Source: Carcharhinus longimanus (Eukaryota). From it: DNA of 64,000 bases. Numbering within the stretch: position 1 is the first letter of the stretch; each line of letters opens with the position of its first letter. Positions 1 to 13,825 of this stretch are shown here, one piece after another. The translations under genes and the position numbers were made by a program. A model generated the notes under the pieces. The model worked only from the letters and a program-made list of their open reading frames with translations, searched no databases and had not been told where the DNA came from. The DNA is taken from the NCBI GenBank assembly GCA_030264375.1, contig JASCQW010000001.1:99942222-100006221 (forward strand), in the 5' to 3' direction.

Positions 1-360
1 TCTTAGCATCAGAGCAGGGTCTGGGTTTGTTTTGATTAGCAGGGGTTCATTCTTCTCAGGAACTCTGGGAAATGCTCCTCATGGCAATGAAGATGTAGAG
101 TCCAATGAATTGATCATAGCATTGTTGTATTGTTTGAATTCAGATGACTGCTTCCCTATCACAATCCTCAGGATTCATTCTGACAGGGTCACAAGTATTT
201 CAATGTCAAAATGAATGACAATCGACTTTAGTTGGATGTTGGGGAAGCCAGGAAGTATTCTGTGGAGTTGTCTGAATTATGCTCCTGCTTTGATTGTTGT
301 AAACAATGGTGAATTGCATTGCAAATGAGCAGGTTGGGAGGTTACGCATTTTCTGGGATT

Positions 361-627
361 AGTTTAAGTTTATTTATTAGCATCACAAGTTGTCTTACAT
401 TAACATTGCAATGAAGTTACTGTGAAAATCCCCTAGTCCCCTGTTCAGAAATACTAACCAGCATGTCTTTCGGACTGTGGGAAGAAACCAGAGTACCCAG
501 AGGAAACCCATGCAGACATGGGGAGAATGTGCAGACTCTGCATAGGCAGTGACTCAAGCCTGGAATTGAATCTAGCTCCCTGGCACTGTGAGGCAACAGT
601 GCTAACCACTGTGCCACTGTGCCGCCC
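361..627 (-). mobile_element. HE1-like V-SINE, tail type A (internally deleted)
   Basis: Minus strand starts GGGCGGCACAGTGGCACAGTGGTTAGCACTG (tRNA-like A box), has a B-box-like GATTCAATTCC and the V-domain TTCTCCCCATGTCTGCATGGGTTTCCTC, and ends GATTTTCACAGTAACTTCATTGCAATGTTAATGTAAG..AATAAATAAAC. Confidence 0.9.
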
Positions 628-649
628 AAAGACCAGTTGCAGATCTTCT

Positions 650-1110
650 ACAGACACCCATATGTGAGGTCTTGGTCGTTGGCTTAGTTTACCTCATAGC
701 CCACATAATATGCTGGCTACTAAAGTCACCAACATATAGATCTGGTTTTGGTGCATGTAGGAGCACCAATGTAACCATTTCAAATCAAAGGCTTTGTACA
801 TGTTGGTAATGTGCAAATACTCTATCTTGATGACAGTGGCATAGATGACTTCATCTTCAAGGAAGGATGAGCCATCAAAATCCATGATGGTGTTACATGT
901 GTATATGGCCAAGCTATATTATGAGTGGTGGTAGCTAGCCATGAGGTTATATCCATGGAAACAGTAGTGGCTGGCCTTTTGGCCCTTGGAGAGAAACAAT
1001 GATTTCTTGGACCATGCAGACATTGATGTTAAGCATCTTCAGCATATTTGAAGTTACTCATACTTCACCCCGGAGAATCCTTCAATGTTGAGTTGGTGGA
1101 TCCATATTCC
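650..1110 (-). mobile_element. Degenerate RTE-clade LINE fragment (post-RT region)
   Basis: ORF 694-912(-) FLEDEVIYATVI..HITNMYKAFDLKWLHWCSYMHQ resembles the RTE pattern W.DKVTN..VL..A...SM..L...RLRW.GHV.RM. Confidence 0.5.
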
Positions 1111-1659
1111 AGGACCTGGCTTAACTCTTGTTAGCAATAAATGCAAATCATGAGCCTATTAGTCCAATTGAAGTTCTTGATGGTTATGATCTGTGCTACA
1201 GTATTCTCAAGTGAGCAATTAAATATTATTCCAGGCAGCCGTTTTGATATCATAAGGTCATAATGAGGTCCGTTTGTCATGAAAATTAATATTTGAGCTC
1301 TTACCACTCCATAACCTCCTGAAAAAGACAATTGCCATGTGACATTTCCATTTGTGTTCTAATTAGAAAGCCTTTGGATTAATAGAAATACTTGGGGAAA
1401 ATTCAATATATCAAGACATATCATGTTCTTACAATTTTAGCTTCTTAATTAAAGTCTTAATAGAAGAAATATTCTACATAATTTTGTGCAGTTTGCTATA
1501 GCTCTAGCTCAAGCTTTATAATGTCGGAACATTTCTTAATAAAACATGATTTTGTCAAAACTTATTTCTCTTGTGTTAATTCTTGTCATGAATGTCTCCT
1601 CTATTGAAAGCATTCAGTTATGTTGACATGCATTTATACCTCCTGTGGCACATAATAGA

Positions 1660-1880
1660 TTCTCAAATCATTAGGTGAGCAATGTACTGCATAGTGTTCT
1701 ACTCACTCACACAGCCCAGGAAGGTTAATGGTTCACTGAGTAGTCTAGGCTGGGCTGAATTAGCTATTATATAGATTTGAATATCAGATGAGTAATTTAT
1801 TGCCTGTTTGAGAATAAAGTAGGGTAGGTTGCTTTAAATTTGGGTCGAATCCTGATTCCAGTTTCCCTATCAATGGAACC
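1660..1880 (+). mobile_element. Ancient LF-SINE-like fragment
   Basis: CACAGCCCAGGAAGG..GGTTC..GGGCTGAATTAGCT resembles the LF-SINE-like head; heavily diverged. Confidence 0.3.
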
Positions 1881-2329
1881 ATTTCGTCAAAAAAGGATGA
1901 ACCCTGCAGCAGCATCGCATCGCATGCATCCTTAACAGTTAATATTCTCAACTGATGTTTGTCCTCATATACTGACTAGGTTTAGTGATGAAATAATGGA
2001 GGCACTAATAACTTTCCAACATTTTTGTCAGTGGGAATTATATTAAGCGACTGGAGAGTAACAAATCTCACATTGCTTTGCAAAGAAGAGGAAGAGAAAA
2101 GACAGTTTGGATACATTTACTGTACAATGCTGAATTGGGTTACCCCCCATGACAGCAGTCTGGTGCAAAGGCAAAATCACTTTGCATCAATACCAAATGT
2201 ATAAGGGCTGATTTGCCTGGGTTAACCAGTTTCTCTGGCCAAAAGCTTTTGGATCTCTTATACTTGCATCAGTGATTCTGTTGCTTTCTTTGTGGATAGA
2301 GTGCTTGGAACTCATCCTGGATCTGCAGT

Positions 2330-2990
2330 AGATATAATCCAATATATCACTACTTCCAACTTGGTTCTACTCTTACCTATCCAATCATCAACAGAGCATC
2401 TCTAACAATGGCTTCACTTTCTGGCCCCGCACCATTAACATTGGAATGTCCTGGGTTTTCCTCTTCCTCATCTATATTTGATAACATCATCAACAGACAT
2501 GAGATCAGCTTCCACATAAAAACTGATAACATCCAGAAGCACCTCTCTGCTGTTCAGTTCATCTCAATCCTTCCATTACCTCTATGTTGTCAGACTGCTT
2601 GTCGAACTTACAATTCTATCTACAATTAATTTCAATTAATAATTGGGAAGATTAACGCTATCATGTTCAGCTCCAGCGTATACTCCAAATCTTTAACATC
2701 AATTTTCGCCTCCTGTCATATTCACTACATCAGGTAGAACCTGAGTGTTTGCAGTTACCTATTCAGCCTCAGCTGAACTTCTACCCCCATATCCTGTACA
2801 TTACAATGAATATCAGTTCCATCTCTGGAACCTCATCTGCCTCAGTTGATCTGTTGATAAACTCTCAATCCATTTTCACCTCCAGACTCAATCATTCCTA
2901 TGTTGGCTCTGCTGACCCCACATGCTCTATCATCCCTAATCTTCTCCTATAACACTCCATTGCCGGTGTCCTATCCCGCAGCAACTCTTA
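2330..2990 (+). mobile_element. Degenerate L2 LINE RT fragment
   Basis: ORF 2408-2629 contains IINRHEISFHIKTDNIQKHLS, matching the L2 RT motif IIRRHGISFH.YADDTQLYLS with the YADD decayed. Confidence 0.7.
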
Positions 2991-3009
2991 ATCACACATC
3001 ACTGCTGTT

Positions 3010-3122
3010 CTTCACTCTCTCGTTCTCTTCTCTATGAACGATATGTTTTGCCTGTACAATGCGCAAGAAAAGATACTTTTCACTGTATGTTAATACATGT
3101 GATAATAATAAATCAAATGAAA
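3010..3122 (+). mobile_element. Rex1/Babar-type LINE 3' tail
   Basis: CTCTATGAACGATATG..GCGCAAGAAAAGATACTTTTCACTGTATGTTAATACATGTGATAATAATAAATCAAA; same family as 19490 and 51790. Confidence 0.75.
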
Positions 3123-3749
3123 ATTCTTGTTTACATATACTGGTTCCTGAACAACCAATGCCCCAAAGGTATTTTGCATGTGTATTTAAATTTTGAAGAA
3201 GTGCCAAGTATGAGATGTGTTGATTTAGACTTCTGGCACTAAAAGGGTTGTAGTGGTATTGACAGAGGATTGACTCGAGGAAAGGGATCAGCATAAGAAA
3301 AACATTGACAAAACACAACAGGTGGTGTTTCCCTGAGATCGCTGAATCTCCCTCTCAATAATATACTTACCTAATGATATGCCTGCATTTCATATATCAC
3401 ACATTGTCTGATATAAATTTCTGTATCATGCTTAATATAGAATTCAGAATGTCTGCAGCTTTGTTATTGGCTTCCTACAAAAAAGACCTGTATTGTGATT
3501 TGCAGCCTAACCTGTTATGGATTCTGAATATTCACTTTAAGGATGTTGACCAATTACACCTTTGCAACCTTGAAGGAATAGGTAAAATAACAAGTCCCAG
3601 AATGATTTTATTATGGTCCTTGTAGAAATCTACAATGCAAAGGAACCAAACTTCCCAAGTGACCCCAATGGAAGAAGCCGCTGGACAAGATTTCATTTTT
3701 AAAAAACTTTTATTGTGACAGTTGAACCAAGTGTATCATATGGATAATG

Positions 3750-4870
3750 CACACTGTAGCTACAACAGCTCAGTGATGAAGGGAGTTAATGTTTGGGGTG
3801 GCAGATGGGGTGCAAATCAACTAGGCTACTTTGTCCTAGATTGTGACAAGTTTCTGAAATCTTTTTGAAGTTGCACTCATCTAGACAAATGGAGGATATT
3901 CCTTCACACTCCTAAGTTGTGGCTTGTTGATGCTAAACAAACTTGGGAAGGTCAGGAGATCTTCAAAATTGAAGATAATCTTCAAAATTACTTGCAGAAA
4001 AGTTCCCAGCCTCTGACCTGCTCTTGAAGCCTCAATATTAAATAAGAACATAAGAACATAAGAAATAGGAGCAGGAGTAGGCCATCTGGCCCTTCGAGCC
4101 TGCNNNNNNNNNNNNNNNNNNNNNNNNNNNNNNNNNNNNNNNNNNNNNNNNNNNNNNNNNNNNNNNNNNNNNNNNNNNNNNNNNNNNNNNNNNNNNNNNN
4201 NNNTACTTTTATATTCAATCCCCCTCGCTATGAAGGCCAGCATCCCATTCGCCTTCCTGACCACCTGCTGCACCTGCAAATGGCTAGTCCAATTCAGTTT
4301 CTAATCAATGGTAAGCCCCCAGCACATTAGTGGCATTGGATTCAGTGACAGTAATGCCATTGAATGTCAATGGGATTTGGTTAGATTCCCTCCTGTTGTA
4401 ATTGATCATTGATACCTGTTGACCTTAGTTTTGCTCAGGCCCCTTGGTGCCACATTGGTCAAATGTTCCACTGATGTCAAGTGTAATTGCTTTTATCTCA
4501 ACTCTGGAAATGATACAGTGTAGAATGTATCGGGCAATGAGGTTACAGATTGTGGTGGAGACAGTTCTTCTGGTGCTAATGACCCACAGCCCCTTATGGA
4601 TGCCCAGCTTTTAGTTGCTAGATCTGCTTGAAATCTGTCCCAATTTGTACAGTAGTAGTGCCACACATCCTAATGGAGGATGTCCTCAGTTCCAACAAGG
4701 ACGGTGAATGATCACTCCTACCATTGAGCATCTGTATGCCGGTGAAGGTGAGATCAAGTAGATTTTGCCCTCATTTGCTTGTTTCACCATGTACCCTGGC
4801 TGGCAGACATTTCCTTCAGGACTTGGACAGCTCAATTGATGGTGATGCTACCGAGTAACTCTTGGTAGTT
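3750..4870 (-). mobile_element. Old CR1/L2-group LINE fragment (family B), interrupted by a young CR1
   Basis: Similar to 10210-11110 and to the reverse complement of 38400-38660; the sequence is continuous across the 4046-4277 insertion. Confidence 0.7.
4046..4277 (-). mobile_element. Young CR1 LINE 3' portion (contains a gap)
   Basis: Translation QVQQVVRKANGMLAFIARGIEYKS (CR1 post-RT); tail GGCCTACTCCTGCTCCTATTTC followed by TTCTTATG repeats; AAAT on both flanks. Confidence 0.9.
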
Positions 4871-6699
4871 GGGAAAGTTGCATAAAAAGTTGCTGATGAC
4901 ATCTACAAGAGGGCATGGGAAAACTGTGAACTGTATAAACACCTGAAGAAAACTTTAAAGAGAATGAAGAAACAAGAGTGAAATGGAATAACAGTGGATA
5001 GCTTCACCATGGGGTAATGTCCTCCTCCTGTTCAGCAATCCCTACCAGCCTTCCAATGCTATAATACTTAGATTACAACTTTCTCTCCTGATTTAAATCT
5101 AAATTACAACTGCTGATCTGAAATAAGAGCCAGTCTAAGAACATGGTTAAAGCTGAAAGGTTTCAGATTTCCAGTGTCTGGAGTATTTTGTTTTGGTTAT
5201 GTATTTGGCCAAATTGGATCCTTAAAAATCTGCTTTCCAAGCTATTAGGAATCCTGCAAAAAATTTGATAGAGTTCCCTTTAGTTCTGCCAGTTTTTGGA
5301 TTAACTTAATCATAATTATAATTGAGCATTTGCAGTTCATACCACGAGCTGCTTGTTGTTACTGCTGACTGACCTCTCAGAGCTCACTGTGAATATTAAA
5401 ATAATTCTTTCAATGAGGACGTGGTGGTAGCAGTGAGATCATACCTTCCCACCATATACCTAATGTCTGCTCAAAGTTCAATTTCGTTCTACAATTTGTT
5501 ACTTTTCCAATACAAGAGTGCATGCTGCCCAATGTGACAGATGCACTCCATGCTGGATTGGAAAGGATGCTGTAATATTAGAGTGTTATGCAACACTCTT
5601 TGTAATGTCAGTCCTTACAACCTTCTGAATCTCATAATGAAGAAGTAAGTTCAAGCCCACTCCAGGTCAACTGTTTGCTTAGGAAATGGTAAATAGCAGT
5701 GGGGAACCTGAAAAGAAAAGGCCAGATGATTTAAGAAGCACTGCATGATATAATATTGCGAGTATGCTAATTTTTTGAGTACTAGTGACAAAAACCAAAC
5801 CACAAAACTCTCTGCTAACACCATCCGTGATTTATCGAGAGAATTATGACTTATTATCTAACTTGGATAAACATAGGGTTCTCTTAATTTCAGACACTTC
5901 AAATGATACTGGAGCTGAGTTGTCTATTCTCAGGCTTCCATAATGCAGTTTAGTTCACAGCTGTCACAGCTTGAGGTGCTGAACTGGCTAGAGATGATTC
6001 TCTGTCAGACGTAGATCTAGTTTCACGTGTAAAGTGCAGCACTTAGCTAAAATCTCAGTTCAAGCATTCTTAGTGCTAGTTCATCATTGCCATTGATCTT
6101 TCTCAGGACGGAGCAGTGCACATTTAGGGAGCCAGAGAGTCCATCAATTATATTTGCCAGCAATCTCTCTAAGAATGTTTAGTACTAGCTTCATGTCTCT
6201 GTGGACATTAGACTTCATGTGAAACAGTGTAACTGGAGTTCATGCTTCTGTGATTCTGGGCTTATAGGGGTTTCCATTGCAACTGGCTTATTTGTTAAAA
6301 CTCTCCACCCAGAGGACTGCAGCACAGCCTGTCACAGGCCCAATGAAATATATTCTCATAATAAAGATATTCACCTGTGAGCAGAAACATCTCATCCTTA
6401 TGACCATCTGTTCCTAGTGGCCATGATATTACACTTAATATTTAATGCTTGAAATATAAGCTCATTGGCTATTATACCTCCCTCCCTTCCTATTTGGAAC
6501 TCAGGCATCTGCGATCTTTTTTTGACCTTCAGCCAATTGAGGTGCAACATCCTTCATTCTTAATGAGTGATACCTTCCCCATAGAGAACATTAAAGAGTC
6601 CAAAAATATCACTGACAGTAGATAAATAATAAATGCTGCAACTGGCAATAAGGGGATTGCCTCTAAGATCTGAGGGAGAAGGGAACAGAGAGTTATGCT

Positions 6700-6815
6700 G
6701 GACACAGTTACATTAGGAAGGATAAGATGAGGCTTCAGTGCAGCATAAACACTGGCATTGGACATGTTGGACCAAAAGGCCTGTTTCTGTGCTGTATATT
6801 CTATGTAATTCTAAT
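6700..6815 (+). mobile_element. CR1-type 3' tail fragment
   Basis: GCATAAACACTGGCATTGGACATGTTGGACCAAAAGGCCTGTTTCTGTGCTGTATATTCTATG; similar pieces at ~57590-57700 and ~51380-51450(-). Confidence 0.55.
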
Positions 6816-7236
6816 ATGAAGCTAAATATAAAAGCTACAAAAGCTAATATAAAGGTGGATGAAAAGAACACAAATTATAATACAAATGCTGAGCATTAAA
6901 ATGATAGACGTACTACACCTAAATTTATACCAATTAAATTAAAAGCTAGCAAACTATAAGAGCTGGAAATATTGAAACACAAAGAGGGAGAAGCGAAGAG
7001 TATTAAAATAAAAGCACCACCAATAAAGGTTGAATGCCAGGTTTTCCAATATAATTGAATTAATTCCCCTAGATGTTTCAACTTTGTAAAAATATTTTTC
7101 TTAGCCAGTACCATGCTTTTTAATCTCTGCCCTGTTGTAGAGTAATATTATCTTTAAAGAATCCTCAAAAAGAACCATCAGGTAAATTTAATCAGTGACA
7201 TAATGTATGTCTACTCCCTGGCTTTGGTGCCACCAT

Positions 7237-8735
7237 AGGATCATAGGAATTAGGAGCAGAAGTAGGCAAAATCAGCCCTCTGAACCTGCTCTGCCATTCA
7301 ATCAGATCATGGCTGATCTCTCCCTGGTCTCAAATCCACCTCCCCACCTGTTCCCCTGATCCCTTCAACCCACTTTTTATCAGAAATATATCTATCTCCC
7401 TCTTGAAACCAGTCAACAATTTAGAATTTGCTGCTCTGTTGGATAGCGAGTTCCACAAATTCATCACCACCTGCAAAAAGTAGTTTCTTCTCATCTCGAT
7501 TTCAAATCTACCTCCTCTCAAGCTGTACCTGTGACCTTGTGTTCTAGATTACCCCACAAAGGTCTACATTTGATCTACATTTACATTATCAATCCCTTTT
7601 AGTACTTTATATACTTCAATCAAATCCCCTCACCTCTTTCTAAACTCCAACAACTATGAGCCCAAACTGTTTAATCTCTCCTTGTACGTCAACCCTTTCA
7701 TCCCAGAATCAATCATCAATCTGGTAAGTCTCCTCTGACCTGCCTTCAATGCCACCACATCCTTCCTCAAATAAGGAGATAAAAGGCGGACATAGTACTC
7801 CAGGTGTGATCTCACTTCAACATTTCTCTACTTTTATACTCCAGTTCTTTTGTAATAAATGTTAATATTCCATTTGCCTTTATTATTATGAGCTGTACCT
7901 GCATACTGACTTTCTGTGATTCTTGAACAATGACACCCAGATCCCTTTGCTCAGACACATTTTGAATCTGTTTTCCATTTAGGTAATAAATTGCCTTTCT
8001 ATTTTTTCAAATAAAATGGATAATCTCACACTTATCCACATTAAACCCCATCTGCCAAATTTTGTCCCTTTTTCCTAGCCTATCTGTATCCATCTGTAAA
8101 ATCTTTATATCCTCTTCACTGCCTTCTTTCCCACCTATTTTAGTGTCATCCACAAATTTTGCAATGTTACACTCTGTCTCTACTTGCAGATAATTTAAAT
8201 AGGTTGTAAACAATTGAGGTCCAAGGACTGACCTTGCAGCACCCCACTAGTTATATTTTGCCAGTCAGAGAAGAACTCATTTATCCCAACCCTCTGCTTT
8301 CTGTCAGTCAGCCAATCCTCAATCCTGATATAGTACTTTACCCCTAATCTCCTGAAATCTCACCTTCGAGTTCAGTCTTTTATGTGGCATCTTATCAAAC
8401 ACCTTCTGGAAATCTAGATATACCACATCCAAAGGTTCCCCATTATCCACCTTGTTGGTTGTGTCCTCAAGGAGCTCAAGCAAGTTTGTCAAGCATGACT
8501 AACCCTTCATAAAACCATGCTGACAATGGTGGATTGAAGTTTTCAAATATTCAGTCATGTCCTCCTCAATAACTGATTCCAGCAACTTCCCCATCACAGA
8601 GGTCAAGCTAACTGGCCTATAATTCCCTCCCTTTTTGAGTAGGGGCATCACATTAGAGTGTTTCCAATCCACCAGGATCTTTCCAGAATCTGAGGAATTT
8701 TGAACTATCACAACCAATGCATCCACTATCTTCAT
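7237..8735 (-). mobile_element. CR1 LINE, ~1.5 kb decayed RT region plus 3' UTR
   Basis: ORF fragments DWKHSNVMPLLKKGGNYRPVSLTSVMGKLLES..QHGFMKG, IAKFVDDTKIGG (FADD motif), WQMGFNVDKCEIIH, RRNYFLQVVMNLWNSL; multiple stops and frameshifts. Confidence 0.95.
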
Positions 8736-8749
8736 CACCGTGTTATGAA

Positions 8750-9320
8750 AGAACATAGGAAATAGGAGTGAGGATCACTCATCCCTTTGAAACCACTGCA
8801 CCATTCAACAAGATTAGGGCTGATCTTCTACCCCAACTCCATCTTCCCACACTGCTCCCATTATCCCTAAAATCTACTGATCTCTGTCTTGGGTATATTA
8901 ACAACTGAGTATCAATAACTCTCTAGATGGATTTACAAGCCTTTCAATGAAGAGGTTTCTCCTCATCTCAGTCCTAAATGGCTGAGCCTGTTATTCTGAG
9001 ACACTGACCCTGTGCTGTAGATTCCCCAAGTCCCGCATGTTTCAGCGGCAGGACCTTCTGGTCCCACTGCCATCAATGGAGTTTCCTGTTTAATGCACCC
9101 CTGTTACCACAAAACCCATGGCAGGGGCTCACTCTCAGTTGAACCAGAAGATTCCGCCGGCGGGAATGGCCGAATGTTCTAGCCATTGTTTCAGTATCTA
9201 TCTTGCCAAGTGCCTTAAGAGTTTTATGTGTTTCAATTAGCTGGTCTCTCATTCTTCTAAACTCCAGGGCCCATTGGCCTTCCCCACTGAATAGAACAAT
9301 CCCCTCATCTCAGGAATCAA
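8750..9320 (-). mobile_element. Second CR1 3' fragment, interrupted by a MITE-like insert
   Basis: GAACATAGGAAATAGGAG..CCATTCAACAAGAT..GCTGATC tail; CTCATTCTTCTAAACTCCAG resumes after ~9190. Confidence 0.75.
9025..9185. mobile_element. GC-rich MITE-like (PIF/Harbinger-type) insert
   Basis: Internal inverted pair GGACCTTCTGGTCC..AACCAGAAGATTCC; related copies at ~18765-18920, 52533-52651 and 60581-60710. Confidence 0.5.
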
Positions 9321-10209
9321 TCATTCATTCCACTCTTTCGGGCGAGTTTCACAGTGAAGGTCACTTCTCAATATGGGTACTGAAGACAGATTATTTCAAT
9401 GAAGGAAACAATCAGAAATACTGCATTTTTTCAATTATTATTGTAAACTAAACATTATATTAGTTAAATGTAGTTCATAATATCATGTAGAAGGGAAAAT
9501 ACATACCATGTCCACTGGCATATCAACCTTTCCTGACTCTCGTGTGGAAACAATTCAACCAGAACTTCAGACTCCCTATGGCTCTCTATAGTTGTGACTT
9601 TGCCTCAGTTGTCTCCCTAGTTTGTCTCGTTACTTCTCTTTGATAACATTGGAATTTTCTAACATCTTTTGCCAAAATCTCCAGGAGGTAGATAGAGATT
9701 CCCATGCATCCTCCAGGGTTTATACTTTGATGAATGCATTCCTACACCAAGATTGCTATTCTCCTCAGTAACTGCTCTTTCACAAGGAAAATGCATTCCC
9801 GACTGAATGAAAAGCATCTTCTGCACTTTTTTGCTCTGTTACGTTGTAATTTTCCAACTAGAATATCTGAATTCCCACCTGAATGCTGCCTCCTGCAGCT
9901 CAAAAAGCTTGACGTGTGCTTGTTACAGTACTAAACTTGATTATCATGGTCCAACTCCAATTAAGTGAATTTAATTCTGACTGACTGGCTGATGCTGATT
10001 AGAAAGTGCCATATTCCCATAATAGTTGTGTATATTGCCAATAAATAACTGTTTCTGGAATTTACTACCTCAAAATTGAGTAAATTATTTACCATGTAAC
10101 TTGTAGCAATGAAGTACCATGAAGTAACGTATTATCCTTCCACTCCTTATACCAGGTTCAGAGCCCAGCTGAATCTAATGGAAACAAATTCCTGAAGTGT
10201 TTTTTAGAA

Positions 10210-11115
10210 TTTGTTCATTGCCCTCGAGCAGATGATGGTGAGCCGCCTTCTTGAACCACTGCACTCTGAAGTGTAGGTACACCCACAGTGCTGTTAGGGA
10301 GGGAGTTCCAGGATTTTGATTCAGTGATAGTGAAGGAATGACAATATAGTTCTAAGTCAGGATGGCATGTGGCTTGGAGGGGGAATTGCAGGTGGTGGGT
10401 GGCATTCCCATGCGTTTGCTGCCCTTTTTCTTCTGGGTGATAGATGTCATGCATTTGGAAGGCATCATCAAAGAAGCCTTGATGAGTTTCTGCAGTGCAA
10501 CTTGCAGATGGTACATAGTACTACCACTGAGGGCTGGTGGTGGAAGGGATGAATATGTAAGCTGTGGGGTGGGCTATTGGATCAGTCGGCTGCTATGTCC
10601 TTAATGGTGTTGAGTTTCTTGAGTGTTTTTTAAGCAGCATCCATCCAGACAAATGAAAAGTATTCCATCACATGCCTGGCTTGTGCTTTGTAGATGGTGG
10701 ACAACTTTGGGAATGCAAAGGTGAGTTGCACCCCACAGAATTCTCAGCCTCTTGGGTTATTGCTGAGTAATCACCACTGTCAGTGACTCCTTCTCTCACT
10801 TTGGTGCCTGAGCATTGACTGAGGGATAAGAAATTTGCCAGATTGAATTTGTCCTGCTTTTTGTTGACAGTACTTACATGGACAATTTTCCATATCGTTG
10901 GCTACTTGATAGTTTTGTAGTAGTCCTAGAACAGCTTTGTTAGCGATGTGCTTCATTCTGGAGCACAGGTCTTCAGATATACAGCTGGCAAGGCCCAAAA
11001 GCTTGGCTGTGCTCAGTGTCTCCAATTGCTTCTTCATAGGACATGGGCAAACTGAATTAGTTGAAAACTGGCATCTGTGATGCAGGGGACCTTTGGAGGA
11101 GGCTGAGATGAAATT
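10210..11115 (-). mobile_element. CR1/L2-group LINE family B fragment (3' region plus RT pieces)
   Basis: Minus strand encodes SFTITESKSWNSLPNSTVGVPT; TGGAACTCCCTCCCTAACAGCACTGTGGGTGTACC motif. Confidence 0.75.
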
Positions 11116-11409
11116 TCCTCAAATCCAGTGAAAGGTCGCTGATTTTGTTTTTCTCTCCCCAAGCCAGGGGAGTGGAAAGCTAAGTTCAAGATACCAGAAC
11201 AGAGCTAAAGCAGAGGGCATGCCTCTGAGGAGTCCAGAGAATCTGCAATTCATTTCCATTCCAGGCAATGGAACTGACCATTTGGCCCTGTGTATGATTC
11301 TAAAGCATCTGTTTTATATCACTCTCTGAGATGAGTTTCCAGTCCGTCAGGTTTAAATGTCTCACATTACTAACCCACGTGGCTATTTTTGTAACATCAT
11401 GTCTATGAG

Positions 11410-11520
11410 TCAAGGAAGAAGGTGGAAGTGAGAATGTCCGGAGTGTGGGGTCCTTAATTATGCTGGCTGCTTTGCTGAGGCAGCGGGAAATGTAGACAGA
11501 GTCAATGGATGGGAGGCTGC
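11410..11520 (-). mobile_element. Rex1/Babar LINE fragment
   Basis: GAAGGTGGAAGTGAGAATGTCC..CCTTAATTATGCTGGCTGC..GTAGACAGAGTCAATGG matches 52050-52140. Confidence 0.7.
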
Positions 11521-12000
11521 TTATCTTATTGGTATATCCTGTTTGTGTATTTTCAGCAATATGAGTGGAGCAGGTCAGGGGAAGGTTGACTGAGGGTCAG
11601 TAGGTCATTTACCTCAGTTTAATGACTTTATCAGTTGCTTATCTGTGCTACTTCATCAGCAGTCTCAGCACAGATAAACATTGTTCAACACAGGAATTAT
11701 ACATTCTGTTGGTTATCTTTGGTCATATAGAAGCCTGTCATCTAATTCTCCTGCTATTAAATCACCAGAAAGGTAGAAAGAGAGAGGTGAAAAAATAGTA
11801 ACTCATGACCATTACATTGATTTCAGGCAAAATGTGGAATTTATCAAGTTCCTTTGTATAGTACCTGTAGCATGTCCATGCCTCATGATTATATGAAAAT
11901 TGGGAGTACCATACTTCATAGATCTTCACCTGGGTTTCTAGAGGAATGCCCAGATGCATCCATATACATTTATGTGGATACCATTCCATGAGGTTGTGTT

Positions 12001-12468
12001 CATAGAATCTACAGAATCTCTACAAGGCAGAAGGAGGCCATTCGGCCCATCGAATCTGCACTGACTGTCCGAAAGAGCATCTTACCCAGGTCCTCCAACC
12101 ACCTACCCCCATACCCGGTGCATTTACCATTGCGAGTCCACCTAATCTGCACATCTTTGGACAAAAAAGGGTAATTTAGCATGGCCAGTCAACCAAACCT
12201 GCACATCTNNNNNNNNNNNNNNNNNNNNNNNNNNNNNNNNNNNNNNNNNNNNNNNNNNNNNNNNNNNNNNNNNNNNNNNNNNNNNNNNNNNNNNNNNNNN
12301 NNNNNNNNCTGCACATCTTTGGAATGTGAGAGAAAACCAAAGCACCTGGAGGAAAGCCACACAGACATGGGGAGAACGTGCAAACTCCACATAGACTGTT
12401 ACCCAACACCAGAATTCAACTCGGGTCCATGGCACAGTGAGGCAGAAGTGCTAGACACTGTGCCACCC
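12001..12468 (-). mobile_element. HE1 V-SINE, CR1-like tail (type B), spans a gap
   Basis: tRNA head and V-domain; tail GATGGGCCGAATGGCCTCCTTCTGCC..GATTCTATG. Confidence 0.9.
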
Positions 12469-13599
12469 ATTAATCAAGGTGTGCTTTTAGTGAGCACATT
12501 TCTCAGATATGTAAATTAAGTTCCACACAGTCTGTGTCCCAGACAGGTGCTTTCTTAATTCATGCTGCTGTATCATCCCCTTTCTCCTGAGGCGAATGGT
12601 GAATACCACAACTTCTCAATGCCACCACAGTCCTCGAGTAAAGAGTCACACATCGTTTGATCTATAAGCAGACAAATGTTAGACGGCTACTTGTTTAGGA
12701 AATTTCAATGAGCTAGCCGAAATTGTTTGAAGTTGACATGCTCAGTACTTTCTCATTAAACTTTTCTGGTGTTAACACAGACTTAAAAATAGACACACAA
12801 ATGCTATTAATGAATGGAATTGCAAAAATGGCTTTTTACAAGCAACCTAGCTTTAACAGGAAGGTTCGTGGTGACACACATTATAGAGGCTAGGCACTCG
12901 GTGTTATTGAAATGCAAGATCAGGAAACCGATTGGCTGTCTTTCAATCAACTGCTTCATCAAACCAGGCAGCGACTTTGCAAAAAGATATTTGACTGCAG
13001 CTGGTGAAGTGACTGCAGGTGTCCGAGTTATGTCCATTCATCTGATACTTCAAAGAAATGTTCAGAATGGGATGACCTTTGTACTATTTTAACTTTTTTT
13101 TATAGTTGGTAGTGTAGTGGTCAGCTTGCCACCATATCTGTGAGGTTGCTGAGCGATCAGTTAGTCAGTCTAAGTGACAGTCGTAGTTCTAAAGATATGT
13201 GGAGTGGATCATGTTCCCTGATGGCCAAATTATCTACCTAGTGCCTTTCATTATATCCGAGTGCAGAGTGATTACCTGTTGACCTATCTACTGCCCTTCT
13301 GCGCACGTGTACCCATTTGGGAGTGGAGCATGATGTCTTTTCCAACCACCTACCTGCACCGCACTCCACCAGAATTATGCAACTGCCTAACTGGAGGCTG
13401 CAGCTTGTACCTTGTTTTCTTCCAGCTGCTCAGAAACCCTGGCCAGAGGGGAGCAGGGTAGAAGATCAGGAATTCAGGGACATGGGAAAGTGGAAAGAAA
13501 TGAAGACAGGCAATATAAATTACAGAGTACAATTACAAGAAGGATTCAGGAAAAGGGGGACATGTGAGTTTAGACAAAAAAGTCTTTGAAGGTGGCAAG

Positions 13600-13825
13600 T
13601 AAAGAACAAACTTAAATGACATTTGGATTCATTAACAGAAGCATGGAGTACAAAACAAGGAAGCTATGTTAAACTTATATCAAAACTGGTTAGGTTTCAG
13701 CTAGGGTACTGTGGCCAGTTCTGGGCACCATACTTTAGGAAAGATGTCAAGAACTTAGAGAGGGTGAAGAGGAAATTTATGGTAGACTTCAATTATACGG
13801 AGAGATTGCAGAAACTGGTTGTTCT
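13600..13825 (+). mobile_element. CR1 RT C-terminal fragment
   Basis: LVRFQLGYCGQFWAPYFRKDVKNLERVKRKF matches the CR1 motif LVRP.LEYCVQFWSP..RKD...LERVQRRF. Confidence 0.85.

Noticed and set aside
12140-12325. Triple CTGCACATCT repeat inside a SINE
   Set aside because: Partly intrinsic to the SINE and partly overlap across the gap; likely an assembly effect
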